Assembly (NCBI GenBank): GCA_964106915.2
Contig: OZ066922.1
Reading direction: 5' to 3' (one strand)
DNA: 64,000 nt
From: Podarcis gaigeae
Lineage: Eukaryota
The notes under the pieces were generated by a model. That model saw only the letters and a program-made list of their open reading frames with translations, was not told the origin of the DNA and searched no databases. A program made the position numbers and the translations under genes. This document shows positions 50,722 through 63,474 of this stretch, in pieces (the first letter of the stretch is position 1; the number at the start of each line of letters is the position of its first letter).

Positions 50722-53700
50722 ATATCTTGTTGGCCAGTATCTCATGCTCCGGCTGATCATCCTTGGCTGAGACCTGCAGGACAAGATCCCTTTTGGGAAG
50801 TGGGAGGGAAGGAGAATGAAAAAAAGCAAATTTGAATCAGGAGGCTAGCTGGATCTTCTTCCACTAACAAACCAACCTCACCCTCCATAATCCTTACTGC
50901 AAGTAACATGATGCTAATCCAGATATAGAATATTTAATATTATGCTAATAAGCACTGCATTGCATTTGGTCTTTATTATTAATTAATTAATTCTGTATGC
51001 CACCTTAAACCCACAGGTCTCAGGGCAGTTCACAGGGCAGAATTTGGTCTTCTATGTTTCCTGTTTTTTTTTGGTCTTTACCTGTTCTTCTAAACCCAAT
51101 CTGAACAGTTTGGCCCTGCTTTGCTCAAAGTATCATTTGGCAGTTTGGTTGTAACAGCAGGCTATCATACATAATAAATTGATTAATATTATTACTAGTA
51201 CTACCTGTACTTTCTTTTTAACCACCCTATTTCTGAAGATCACATGACCTTGTAAAGTTTGAAAGCAACAATAAAACATACCCAAAGAATACAACAAATA
51301 ATCTTAAAATGTCAACATATTGTCAGCATACCAGTATCAGATTTCTAGCTAGTAAGTGATCCTGGATATTTTTTTTCTTGAAATGCACATTGAAGGAAGA
51401 TTAGGAATAAAAGATGTCCTTATATGGCCATATTCTCCGTTCCAGTTACTTCTTGTAGATATGCCTATTTCAAAAGACACATCACAAGTGCATTTAGGAA
51501 AAATAATGTGCAAACAAAGTTTGCAGGAGGAAGCCTGGAGGCAAATGTAGCTTTAAAAAATAAATAAATCCCTGGCACCATGCTGCAATGCACCTTACTT
51601 TTTTCTGTGTTCAGAATTATCCTAAGTAAAAAATCACCATAAAACTTTCAAGAAATGCTGAAAAGATCCAGGAGTGACGCTTCCTTTTTGAGTAGCTTTG
51701 TATCCAAGGCTGGATCCAGATGGTACCTTTCTATGCTGGTCTCACATGGTATCTGGGGGTATTCCGGCCTTACAGAGTTTTGCTTATACTGTACATGCAA
51801 TGGCAAGAAACCCTGCATAAGATGTGAGTTACCTGTATATCATCTGATTATAATAATTATATTCTACAGTTTGCCGGATTTGCTTTCAGCTATAAAGTAG
51901 GGAAATTACATATCTGTACAAAGAGGGGAATATATGATGTGACTATGCAGGTAGAATGAGATGCTGTATTTCTGATTTAGGTCTACTAGGTTGAAGATAT
52001 TAGCATATCTCATTTCTCTATTATTTTCTTATTTTGGGTGTGCAAGTAAACATGGTGTTCAATTAAAGTTTTCCATAAACTCTTTATTCTGTTTGTATGA
52101 TGGACAGAGCTTTAAATTACGGAAAATTGAAGAAATTTTTAAAATGAATTCAGCTGTTTCTTAAGTCATTTTGGTTATTACATGCAGGAAGCACAGTGAC
52201 CACATAATATATTCAATGTGAGAACTTATTAAAATCTGGAATTGGACTTTTTAGCCATTGTAAATTAGCAACTGACACACAGTGACCTTTTATAATATTT
52301 CTAGTGTCTGCCTAGAAGTTTCTCTCTGTGTAAAATGTTAGAAATTCTCATGGAAATATTTCATCTTAACTTGCTTCTTGAACTTTTTTACATGTTACAC
52401 AAGAACCATATTTAACTGTTCTCAACTTAAGACCAGACTATTCTGTTTATATACTGGATTTGATAAATCATGCAGCTTATAGCACATTTAAGTGGAACAC
52501 TTAAACAGAATTAGTTCTTGACTGAAACTTTGCACACACCCATAATACTTATAACCCTGAATTATAAAGAAAGATATGTTGTTTGAAATATCAAAATGTT
52601 GGACTAGACAGTCATGAAATAAAAATAAAACATTAAAATATTTCAATTTTACCTTTTGCATGTTCCTTTACAGTGAAAATACTGGTAATTTGAACTGAAA
52701 TAGTAAAATAAAACTGAATTTCTCACATTTTTTCTTCAGAAAACATTTTTCTTTGAACACTGAAAAGTAAGATTACAAATAAAGTGCCAATTTTTAATAC
52801 TGAAATTTTATTATTAAATAGCTACCTGTTAATGGAATGTAAATAGAAACATTGCCTAGCTTATGTTTCAATGTGCAGGATACATAGCACTTTCCATTAT
52901 AGGACAGTGCTGTTGGAGAGGAAGGTTTAGAAGAGAGATTCTTACTCTCTTGTAGCAAAATGGCAATGTCTCCAACACATTAAAACTTTGTTAGATTTTA
53001 TATCTGCGCTCATCCATCTTAAAACAAATGTTCCCCGTTAAAATACTTAGGCTAGAATAAGTCACAAACACCTAGCTTTGCAAACAAGTGAAGATCTTGA
53101 TGCAGATTATACAGTAAACCACTCTCCATCCATTGGCAGTAAGATAAAGAAAAGGTTCCAACTGACTTAAAAGGAAAGAACTTGATTTCCTTACAAAAAG
53201 TATTATATAATATTTGGGTTAGCAATGATGTAGGATGTAAAATCTCATTTAGAGAGATTTTATTCACTTGGTTTTCCTTCAGCTGGAAGCCATAGCTGCA
53301 TGCCTCCTTGTTCAGATCTTGTATGGTGTGGAGATTACAAATGCCTATGTTAAAACCAGTTTTCTCCTTCATCTAATAGCCTTTGTATCATCAGAGTGAA
53401 GGTATTTTAAAGTGAATGTATATATGAGCAGCAGTCTCAATATTTGCAGCAGATGGTACATTTACAAGAAGAAAGAAAATCCAGTAACATTCGTGATCAT
53501 TTCTAGGAGTACACATTTCAGAACTGACTTGTGAAATACTTGGTTTTGCTTGTGGGAGTCTTTGATACTAATTTGTGTGGGAGGGGCAGATCCGTTCTAA
53601 ATGGCCTGTGGATTGTAAGTTAAAATGTCATTGAAATGGCAAAAATATTTTTTCACTGTGCCATTCCTGATTATAAGGTGACCTGCAGGCTTGTGAAGTC

Positions 53701-54722
53701 CACAATGTTTCTAGAGACATAGGGCCTTCTACAGCAAAAGACAAATCTAATAAAATGTCTTCCTTTTTATGTTTATGCTTGGCTTATCACTACCTTTACG
53801 TTCCTTCTTACTTTTTGAGATGTTATTTATGCACTGAATTATTGGGAGTGATGTTAATGTCTTAATTTATGTTGTCATTATTGACTATTCTTTTCACTAT
53901 TTTTGAACTGAGCCATTTGTTGGCTTGGCAATCCTTTATGTAGGTTTTTTCTTCATGGCCTACTATGCTTAAATTTGAAAATATTTGTTAGAACAAGGCA
54001 ACATGACAAAGTAGGTGGTCTTCCGATTAATATTTCTGTTCAGATCTGTAAACTATACAAGGATTGTTTAACAGTTCTGAATCCATGCCTTATGACATTA
54101 TTCCATTTGTTTTGGAATAAAGTTCAGCATTTGCATTGGAACTTACTGCATGTTACTCATGGACTAAGGCGGGGGTGGATTTTCTCCAGAATTGCTTTTT
54201 ATATTTGCTTACTCCACATACTTTGATCGTCTCTTGTTAAACATTTGGGCTATAGTTTACTTCTGTTTAGTCAAAAGTTCTAGTTATTACCATTCGAACA
54301 CATGCCAGAGAAAGAATGTTGCTTATTAATTTGTAGCATTTTATAAACAGTGGTAAGAAGTGAAATGAGCAACATTCATTTGAGATGTGGGCCATTAAAT
54401 TATCACAAATTAAAATGTTATATAGTAAATAAGGATATTATCATAATGAAAATATAATACAACTATGTGAAAGATAATATTTTAATTGATGAAGAACAGA
54501 TGCTTCCCTTTTATTAATAAGGCTATTATATTATGACAAGATAGAATAAAGGAGAATTTCATATGTGACTGAAATTCCTTTAGGGTGAAGGCATTAAATA
54601 TCTGAGACCATTACCTTGAAAAAAGTATTTTTCCCATGTTAATTGCATGACATACTGCAAATTCAAAAAGACTGCTTCAGCATAATCCAGGTGGTGTATT
54701 GTAAATGTGTACTCTTAAAAAC

Positions 54723-54780
<58 letters not shown>
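54723..54780. repeat. Compound (TA)n(CA)n microsatellite
   Basis: Directly visible; abuts MITE copy C. Confidence 0.95.
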
Positions 54781-54782
<2 letters not shown>

Positions 54783-54987
54783 GGTATCTCTGGTTAGTCA
54801 TTCTGGAGGACTGTTCTTAACCTGAAACCATTCTTAACCTGAGGTACCACTTTAGCTAATGGGGCCTCCCGCTGCCTCCGGCATGTGATATCTGTTCTCA
54901 TATTGGGGCAAAGTTCTTAACCTGAGGTACTACTTCTGGGCTAGAGGAGTCTGTAACCCGAAGTGTTTGTAACCCAAAGTACCACTG
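54779..54987. mobile_element. Tc1/mariner MITE, copy C (more diverged)
   Basis: CAGTGGTATCTCTGGTTA ... TAACCCAAAGTACCACTG|TA; shares the internal CACCACTTTAGCTAATGGGGCCTCC-type segment with copy A. Confidence 0.85.
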
Positions 54988-55618
54988 TATTAAAAGTTAT
55001 AGAAAATGGAATAATGAAATTCAGAAAAGATCATTCACCTGCTTTTATTCCTTCCTCCCCTTGCTGCCTTTTTCACTGCATTGCCCCCCCCCCCCCTCTC
55101 TCTGGTTCTTAGTTAATTTTTAAATGTTTCTTTTCATCAGATTAAAGTGCACTGTTTTTATGCTAAATCATTGCCATAGTGGGACACAAAATCAATGTTT
55201 GAAGGCTCTATAAGTTTAGCTGGCATTGCCTGCCTTGTTTCTAAATAAGCATGCATAGAATTGCAGCCTAAGTGATATTGAATGAAGAATCTGTGTTTGT
55301 AGTTTATTCACGTTTGCCTAAAACTAGATTTGGTGTTAGTGTTCATTTGTAAGTGTCCCCAATAGCAGTTTGTTTGGACCAATAATGGCAATATTCGGGG
55401 CTAACAAAGTCAATATATTGTTTCCTCCTTGTACTTTCATAACAGCCTTAACAAAACTAAGAAGGTAGGAAGATAGTTAGACAGACTTAAATACATTTTT
55501 GATAATGAAGTCTCTATAGGGAAAGAGACTTCCTTACTTGCTGTTGATCATATTAATATATATATATATAAACATTTGTATAATGTGGAAAGTAATTATT
55601 TTTGCTCTTTTTTAGCAG

Positions 55619-55838
55619 ACTCATGGAAGTAAAGAGTTGGAAGAGCACTTGCGGTCTGTATCCAGTGTGGATGAACTCATGACAGTACTTTATCCAGAAT
55701 ACTGGAAAATGTTCAAATGTCAGTTGAGGAAAGGGAGCTGGCAACACAATAGGGAACAGTCCAGCTTCGACGCAAGATCAGAGGATTCAAATCCAGTAAA
55801 ATTTGCTGCGGCACATTACAATCCCGAGATCTTGAAAA
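55619..55838 (+). CDS. VEGFC: VEGFC coding exon 2 (N-propeptide and N-terminal processing region)
   Basis: Pyrimidine tract then TAGCAG| acceptor. Encodes THGSKELEEHLRSVSSVDELMTVLYPEYWKMFKCQLRKGSWQHNREQSSFDARSEDSNPVKFAAAHYNPEILK(S). Donor AAAA|GTAAGT at 55839; 220 nt, ends in phase 1. Confidence 0.97.
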
Positions 55839-56011
55839 GTAAGTGTTGAAAATTTAATGTCCACCAGATACTGTAAATCAGTTTTTTAAAATTTAAATGC
55901 TGAAAACAAAACTGCTAAAATGTTATGTTAAAGCATAATTTAGCATAGTCAGAACCTCAAACCCTCACTAATAACAAGAAATTCCATAACTGTTTGCAGC
56001 TTTTTGAGCTT

Positions 56012-56362
56012 CCATATTTTTCTGTGTATAAAATGCCCACATGTATAAGGCAACCCCCACTTTTAAACCCAAAATCATGAAATCAGTATTTTAAACATCA
56101 AACAAAACAACTTTGATATTTTATTAAATATTCAAAGCACCGGTACCAGCGTAGCAATCCCCAGTGGTGGGGTCTGTGCATGCATGTGTTGGCAGCAGTG
56201 GCGCATGCCCCACCAACACCCAAGATCATCCAAAATTGTTCAGCTTTTGGGGGGAGGAAAAAACCTCCCTGTGCATTCACCATCCATGTATAAGAAAAAC
56301 CCATTTTTTACTTTTCTTTCCTTTTTGCAAAAAAACATTGTCCTATACACAGAAAAATGTGG
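56012..56362. mobile_element. Tc1/mariner (Tc2-like) MITE
   Basis: TIR CCATATTTTTCTGTGTATA vs TATACACAGAAAAATGTGG|TA (18/19 match); internal ATGTATAAG subterminal repeats. Confidence 0.75.
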
Positions 56363-57129
56363 TACATAGTGAAAAATAGGTGAGGTTTGCAGGTTTTTTC
56401 CAAGACCAAGATCAGCAACCTAGGCATGGCAGACAGAGGGAAATCTAAGCTAGGAAAAAGGAGGGCAGACCAAATGTGAAGTACAGATATGCTCATCTGG
56501 CAGTTTGTCTGACAAATTATTCAGACCAAAGAAGCAGGGAGTATTATCTGCTGATATCTAGGAGTCATTTGATTCACATGATTGGACAGGTGTAACTCCT
56601 GATGCAGTCTCTGGATGTAACAACTTAATAGAGCAATCCTAACTCCCTGCTGCCACTGCCATGTGTGTTATTGGTGGTAGCAGTTAAAGGAAATAGGGCA
56701 GTCAGATAGGTCCCTATTCATGCTCCAGTTGCAGGCTGGCACAGCAATTGGGCCCACTGGCAGGGATACTACCAGCAGTTTCGTGGACAGAAGTGGGAGG
56801 TTGCACTTGTAGGAGGCCAGCTGAAGCAGCACAACCACCCACCCACCCAGTCCAACATTAAGGGGTTAAAACTGCAGCCTTAGTTTTGCGTCCCGGTCCC
56901 AGACTAGGAGGAGGATTTAGCATCCCATTCCAGTTTGGATAGCTAGCTTTAGACTTGTGGAAAGTTACAACAAGGAAGCCTTTATCTGGAAATAGGTCTG
57001 GATATATAGTACTTTCATTCCAGCCCCGTTTTTTTGTAGTCTCTGTGCAGGCACATATATGGGTTCTGCAGCTGAGCAAAGGACCATTTGGAAACTTTCT
57101 AGAGCTCATGGCCAAAAGCTGGTGTCATG

Positions 57130-59932
57130 CCCACCCCCACCCATTCATCAGATGTTTTCTAATCATGCTTGCCTTGAGTATGTGCCTTCCCACTCATTTC
57201 TCTTTTGACTACCACAAAGGCAACAAAATGGAAAATTTTCTCAGGAAATTGCTCTTCATTGAATTCTGTTAAGTCCTTCCTTTGACCCTATTTTAGTTTT
57301 TTTTTAAAAGCTTCCTTTATGCTTTTGCTTTCTAACTTAAAAAAAATAAATCACTAGCTACATTTATATTTGGTAGTATTGCCCTTGCATTTTGTCCCCA
57401 TGCACCTGTAGTGCAGCTGATCTCTCTTAAGAAGTGTTGAAATTGTGGGAGGAAGATTCCCACCTCTGATAGCAGTTATTATCCTGCTTTAAACAGCTTG
57501 CTATCTGATCAGTTTAGGAAGCTAAACAGTTGATTCCTGTTCATTGCCAAAACTGCACTAAGCAAGTTCATATGAATTGCTGTTCTTATCTCTGTGGAAT
57601 GAGCTTTGCAGACCACAAAAGGTATGGTACCCAAGACTTCCTACATAGAGACAACATATAATCTCAGTTTATCCACTGTCCCTACTAACCTTCAGACTCA
57701 GGTGTCAGTTCATCAGTCTCTGCTTAGCAATAGACTTAAGGATAAAGACTGAAAAGGAAAGAATTGAGCCCATAGAATTGGTTTCATCCAAAAAAGGTTT
57801 CCCGTTCATGAATCAAAGGGAAAGCAGCATTACAATTATACTACTATCAACCTAAACCACTTGCCTCAACACAAGTAGGAAGCCCTGCACCACTTCCAAG
57901 TTTGACCTTGCTGAAACTCCTACCGACCTGCTGACTGCTTTTGTTCAGAACATCTCATCTTGAACCCTAACTCTGGACCCTGAGACTACAGCTTCAGCTT
58001 AATATCCATGCCACTTCCTGCAACAGTATCCTATTTTATTCCTTCAATTCTAAAAACTTCCAGTACTGGTGGTATTGGCTTCAACATCATCATTCCCTAT
58101 TCCCTATTAATATTGGAATCAATTTTGGAAAAAGACAAGGCTGACACAAATTTGTTCAAGTCCTTGAACCTTTGATATCTGCTTCAGTCTCTAGGGTTAT
58201 CCCCTGATGGACCTTTTCACCCTCTCTAAATACCATTAATTCTGCAGCAGAGCAGATCAAGATCCCCACCACTGAAAGAACCTCTCTATATATCTTCCTG
58301 CGCTTTTCCATCATTCCAAGAGTGCTACATATGGTGTCACTCAATGGGACAAACTGCATCCCCATTGACCTTAGTGCACCAAAATGCACTAATGATGACC
58401 CTAACAGCCTGAATATACAGCTTCCTTAGGGATCTCTAAAATGATATTCTTCCATGAGGCAATCCTATACAATGAAATAGATTCAATTCTTATTACTTTT
58501 GCAAACTCCACTAATCATACTTCAGATTATATGTTCAACCTGCTGTTCAGATTTTAACTATTCTTAACATCTGGGTTCCTCATTACACCATCCTATAGAA
58601 GTAATGTTAAGTGTTTGCTCATTCATTTCTTACATTTTCCTTTAAAGGTCTTAACAGTTTACAATTCCCAGTATCAGTGTCCAGTCCTGGAGTTTCCCTC
58701 AGTTCTTACTCTGCTGGTGTGAACTTCCCTGAATTCATTTCAGCTTCAGGATGTGTTCTTCTTCAGAATCTTTTTTGGTGAACACATGTTGGCAAGGACA
58801 CTTGGTGAACAATGTGCTCTGCATTTTTATTCAACTTATTTGAATGGCGACAGAGAAAGTTTGTGGTTTGTCCTCCTTTAGATTGTTTCACATTTTCTTC
58901 TCCAAAGGGACTTGATGGTTCCAGTCTTGTGGATTAATTGTTCCAGTCTTGCCTGTACATAGATGATTGGAGAGGTTTTAGTTTTCTATCTGGACAGAAC
59001 AGTTGCTTTTTACAACAACATAAGCATTCCCCCCCCCCCCCCGCTATGAGAATCTGAAAAGGGCCTTTTGGGTTTCTTCCCATTAGCGTTCATTTCCCCA
59101 GATGCTGCTACCTTTTTTTCCTAGGGTATTTCATTACATTAAGACGGATGGCGCCTTGTCCGCCTCCATCTGGCATCTCTTGCAGCCAAGCTGGTCCCAA
59201 GCATATTGTTCTGCTTTCCTTTGGACTATATCAGCGAGGCCGAGAGAGGGCTCTTGTTGTCTGGGCAGCCCAGGGTATCCATCCACAATGCCCAGGCTTG
59301 CGCCTCAGGTAGGTCACTTCAGTGCTGCTATTGCAGCAGTTTGACTTCATCCCCAGAAGTCCACTCCATTGTCTCTTGAGACAGATGGATGCCAACAATA
59401 TTACCAGTGGCTATATTGTTCTACCTTTCCACTTTAATAAAGCATTATGTGTTGGAAGTGAAAATAACCTCTCACTCAATCTTTGGGAGAGCTCTTCTGG
59501 ACAACTCCCCACCCATAATAATACCAGTGCTTCCTTCCATGTATGTTGGCTGCTAGTCTTCCATATGTGTAGCTGCACAGAGTCTATGAAGAAGAAAAAC
59601 ACGTTGCTTACCTGTAACTGATGTTCTTCAAGTGATCATCTGTGAAGTCACAATCCACCCTCCTTTCCCACTGCAGGTGCCTCCTTTCTTTTGGTGGGAT
59701 ATTCTCACAACAATCATGAAGAAACTGAATAGAAGTGCACGTACTGCCCCTTCAGGCATATGTAAAAGAGATATATCTCCCTTTTGAGGGTTAGGGGCAT
59801 GAGCATCAGCTCTCAGGCCTGAGTTCTAGAAAGTTCCAGGATGGTGCTCTGCACAGACACTGATCCCCTTTTTGTGACTACATATATGACCACTCAAACA
59901 ACATCTGTTAAAGGTAAGCAACATCAGTTTTC
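57130..59932 (+). mobile_element. Highly degenerate DIRS-like (tyrosine recombinase) retrotransposon 3' part
   Basis: Peptide relics HPFIRCFL (57138-57161), LLSPSFDP (~57266-57289) and VLVFYLDRT (58975-59001), in the order expected for DIRS YR. 50-bp inverted repeat (41/50) at 59603-59652 / 59873-59922 resembles an ICR plus right ITR. Confidence 0.5.
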
Positions 59933-60477
59933 TTCTCTTCTGTAGATTTTTTTCCAGCTAGGTTTTCTCACAACTATTGGAACCTTGCTAAGGAACCATT
60001 CAATAATCATTTATAAGTGCTAGAAACCTACGAGCAAATATTTGGTTGGTTATTTCAAGCCAGTAGGTGATTCCTCACCTCTAATGCTCCAAGGCATATC
60101 TACCTCCATTCTCTGCCATTCCATCTGTCAGATTTTCTTTCCTTCTCAGAATCCTCCTTTTTGGCCTTCCCTTAATTTATGTGACTTGCCTTCTGATACT
60201 CTTTCATTGGTCTCTAGCTGCCATACCTCTCTCTCCTTTATTGCTCCTGTTTCTTCTTCCTATTCTTCCCTAAATCCATTTGCAAGCCCCCACCCCCTGC
60301 TTGCTCTGCCCTTCTTTAGATCCCCAGTGCCTTTTCTAGAGACTATTCTAGCCTGCTCCACAAAGCATTTGCACCAGTGGCTCAAGCATACCTAAGGACT
60401 TATCCTCACTTACCTTTTGTCCTGCTGTGTCCAGGTCCATGCTTTAAAGCTCCATCTCCAAGTGCTCTTCTTTCGCC

Positions 60478-60605
60478 CTGGAGTTATCCCCACACAAAAA
60501 CCCCCACTTTTAAAGCTGAAGCACAACAAATGACAATCCAGGTTTTCCACAATTCAGCTTTAAAGAGCATGGGGAAAGCTCCGGAGGTTAGTGTGGATAA
60601 GCCCT
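60478..60605. mobile_element. Degenerate palindromic MITE-like remnant about 210 nt upstream of exon 3
   Basis: TTATCCCCACAC...TTTAAAGCTGAA vs TTCAGCTTTAAA...GTGTGGATAA inverted blocks. Confidence 0.45.
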
Positions 60606-60817
60606 GGTAATAAGACTACTGTTAGAGAACTAGCATTAAAGAACTCTGATATTTTTGTTGTTGCTGCTGCTGTTGTGTTTGCTTTTTACAGAACTCAGTT
60701 TCTATATAAACATGGTAAATTTAATAAGCAAGTTTTAACTACTTTCAGGGGAATCTGATTTTGAACTATTAAGAAAACCTGTGTTATAACTTATGAGCTT
60801 TCCCTGTAACTTGGCAG

Positions 60818-61008
60818 GTATTGATAATGAGTGGAGAAAAACTCAATGCATGCCACGTGAGGTATGTGTAGATGTGGGGAAAGAGTATGGAGCAACAACA
60901 AACACCTTCTTTAAACCTCCATGTGTGTCCATCTACAGATGTGGAGGTTGCTGCAATAGTGAAGGGCTGCAGTGTATGAATATCAGCACAAGCTTCATCA
61001 GTAAAACG
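60818..61008 (+). CDS. VEGFC: VEGFC coding exon 3 (VEGF homology domain, cystine knot)
   Basis: Acceptor ttggcag|. Encodes (S)IDNEWRKTQCMPREVCVDVGKEYGATTNTFFKPPCVSIYRCGGCCNSEGLQCMNISTSFISKT, including the PDGF/VEGF signature PPCVxxxRCGGCC. Donor ACG|GTAGGT; 191 nt restores phase 0. Confidence 0.98.
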
Positions 61009-61496
61009 GTAGGTTGTTATCTAAGCCACATTCTGGGTTTGTTTTAAGCTCTCAGTGTCTGCATGTGATTGAAATATGCACTGAAATCTGCTTTAAAAGG
61101 AATACATTGTTCTGTTGTTTACGTTGTAAAATATAATATGAATGCATTTGTTGTAGAACTATAAGAATCCCAACATTCTGTCCCGATCTCCCAGCACTAT
61201 ATCATTATTTTGGGACCAAACGAGAGCCTAATTTTATTATTAGTTAATACTAACACACAAGCAATAAGTGGGGCCACACTGAGTAGCCCCTTCCTCTGGC
61301 TACCATGTGACCAAGCAAACACTTAAAGGAAAGGGAAAGCCTTCAAACATACATTTCTGTATGTTTTCATTTTGTGCACCGTTTCCCAGCATGGTCCCAC
61401 TTCCCCACATGTTAGTATTAATTGAGAGAAGAATGTCCAAATATGGCCAATAATGTGACATTATTAACATCATTCGCCTTGGACGGCTGGTTTTTT

Positions 61497-62530
61497 TTGT
61501 CACTAGGCAGTTAATTGCTGTTTTCTTTGGGACTCGGATAATGGTGGCTGCTTTCAAACATGATGGAATGCAAGCGGTTTGCAGAGAGATGTTAAAAATC
61601 TTCATCAACACCCTGCTAATTGATCGGCACAATCTTTTACTATTTCCAGCACCCCACCTGGGCTAGCAGCTTTGCTGGGATTCACCCCTCACAATGCAGC
61701 TTTCACTTGATGGTCATATAAAACAAGTGGCTGTGAATTTGTAGGCTGGCAAACAGGAGCCAAGATATCTGCTCTTTCTGCCTCATAGCGGGTGAAGTAG
61801 ATGTTCAGCTCCTCTGCCAACATATCATTGGCCATGACCATGTTCGTCATATTGCCTTTATAGTTGGTTAGGTGCTGCAATCCTTGCCACACTTGTTTCG
61901 TATTGTTCTCAGCTAAGCAGTTCTCAACCTTGAGTTTGTATTGTTGCTTTGCCACCTTGATGCCTTTCCTAAGCTTTATTCTTACCTCTCTAAATGTCTC
62001 TATGCTCCCTGCCTTAAAGGCAGTATCCCAGGCTTTCAGGAGTGACCTAACTTCAGCAGTCATCTAGGGTTTGCTGTTCCCAAAAACTCTAATGCTCCTT
62101 TCTGTCATTACATTGTTGGTGCACACTTAAATATAGGAAAGTACAGCATCTGTGTATCTGTGCAGATCTTGATGTTCAAACACACTCCAATCAGTACTTT
62201 CAAAACAGTCCTGGAGCTGACTAAGAGCCCCCTCTGGCCAGATTCTAACTGTTTTTATAGCTGGCTGAATTCTTTAAGGGGGATGTACTTCGGACATAAA
62301 AAGAGTGAGGAATGGTCAGATGAACCTAAGTGGGGGAGGGAGATTGCCCTGTATACCTGCTTCAGATTAGAGTATACTCGGTCCAAGATATTAATCTCTC
62401 TAATGGGTGATTTCTGTTCAAACTTAGGAAAAATTGTATTCAGACAAGCTTAATTAAAGTCCGCCACCACAACCAGGGCACCCTCTGGATGTATTTGCTG
62501 CTGCATGGAGATGACGTCATATAATTTAGT
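61497..62530 (-). mobile_element. Rex1/Babar-type LINE internal fragment (endonuclease end, linker, RT start), degenerate
   Basis: Minus-strand peptides: HPEGALVVVADFN; ILDRVYSNLKQVYRAISLPHLGSSDHSSLFL (APE SDH motif); IRVFGNSKP*MTAEVRSLLK...VWQGLQHLTNYK; IFNISLQTACIPSCLKAATIIRVPKKTAINCL. Confidence 0.85.
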
Positions 62531-62782
62531 TATGTTTGCTATTTGCAATAGGAAGAAAGCCATGTTAGTATGACCAAAAAATGGGACCCAGGGCAAAGAG
62601 GGACTTGCTTCGTTGTCAGTAGCTTCTACCGAGTACAATGGAATTAAGTACAACAATTGAAAAGGGATAAAACCTGTTTCCTTTGGAGCAAACATCAATT
62701 CAAGTTTTCCAGGGATTGACATTTGCTCCAATTGAGCTTTAAATGGTGGGTTTTCATGGGGAAGGCTCCAGAGCAAAAAAAG

Positions 62783-63150
62783 CATGTAGAGCGTGTTGCA
62801 GTAGTCCAAGCAGGAGATAACCAGGGCATGCACCACTCTGGCAAGACAGTCCATGTGCAGGTAGGGTCTCAGCCTGCATACCACATGGAGCTGGTAGACA
62901 GCTGCCCTGGACACAGAATTGACCTGGGCCTCCATGAACAGCTATGACACCCAGGCTGCGCACCTGGTCCTTCAGGGGCACAGTTACCCCATTCAGGACC
63001 AGGGAGTCCCCCATACCCACCCACCAACTGTCCCCAAAGAACAGTATTTCTGTCTTGTCAGGATTCAACCTCAATCTGTTAGCTGCCATCCATCCTCCAA
63101 CCACCTCCAGACATTCACTGCCTTCACTGGTTCCGATTTAAAAGAGAGAT
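62783..63150 (-). mobile_element. L2 LINE ORF2 fragment (RT C-terminal part)
   Basis: WMAANRLRLNPDKTEIL...VRSLGVI and RLRPYL...VVHALVISCLDYCN motifs in the minus-strand ORFs. Confidence 0.85.
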
Positions 63151-63322
63151 AGATTTATTTATTGTATTTATATACTGTTCTTTCTCCCAAAGGAGCCCAG
63201 AGCATCAAACACATCCACAGGTTTATTTAAGCATTCTGAAACAGTTTAAGTAATTAAAACATTTTAAGAACATTATAAGCAGCATGCTAACACATTGCTC
63301 TCATTTTTGCTTTTTTGTGTAG

Positions 63323-63474
63323 TTATTTGAAATAACTGTGCCACTGTCTCATGGTCCCAAACCTGTAACAATCAGTTTCGCGAATCATACATCCTGCCGA
63401 TGCATGTCCAAACTTGATGTCTACAGACAAGTTCATTCAATCATTAGACGTTCCTTGTCAGTTACACAAACACA
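63323..63474 (+). CDS. VEGFC: VEGFC coding exon 4 (end of VEGF homology domain, furin/PC site IIRR|S); absent from the ORF track
   Basis: Acceptor tttttgtgtag|. Manual translation gives LFEITVPLSHGPKPVTISFANHTSCRCMSKLDVYRQVHSIIRRSLSVTQT(Q), with the NHT sequon, CxC and SIIRR cleavage motif. Donor CA|GTAAGT at 63475; 152 nt. Confidence 0.97.

Noticed and set aside
60811-60823. CAG|GTATTG at the exon 3 acceptor resembles a recursive (AG|GT) splice site
   Set aside because: The GT is dictated by the split Ser codon of conserved KSIDNEW; after joining, the context AAA|GTATTG is a weak donor. No further support.
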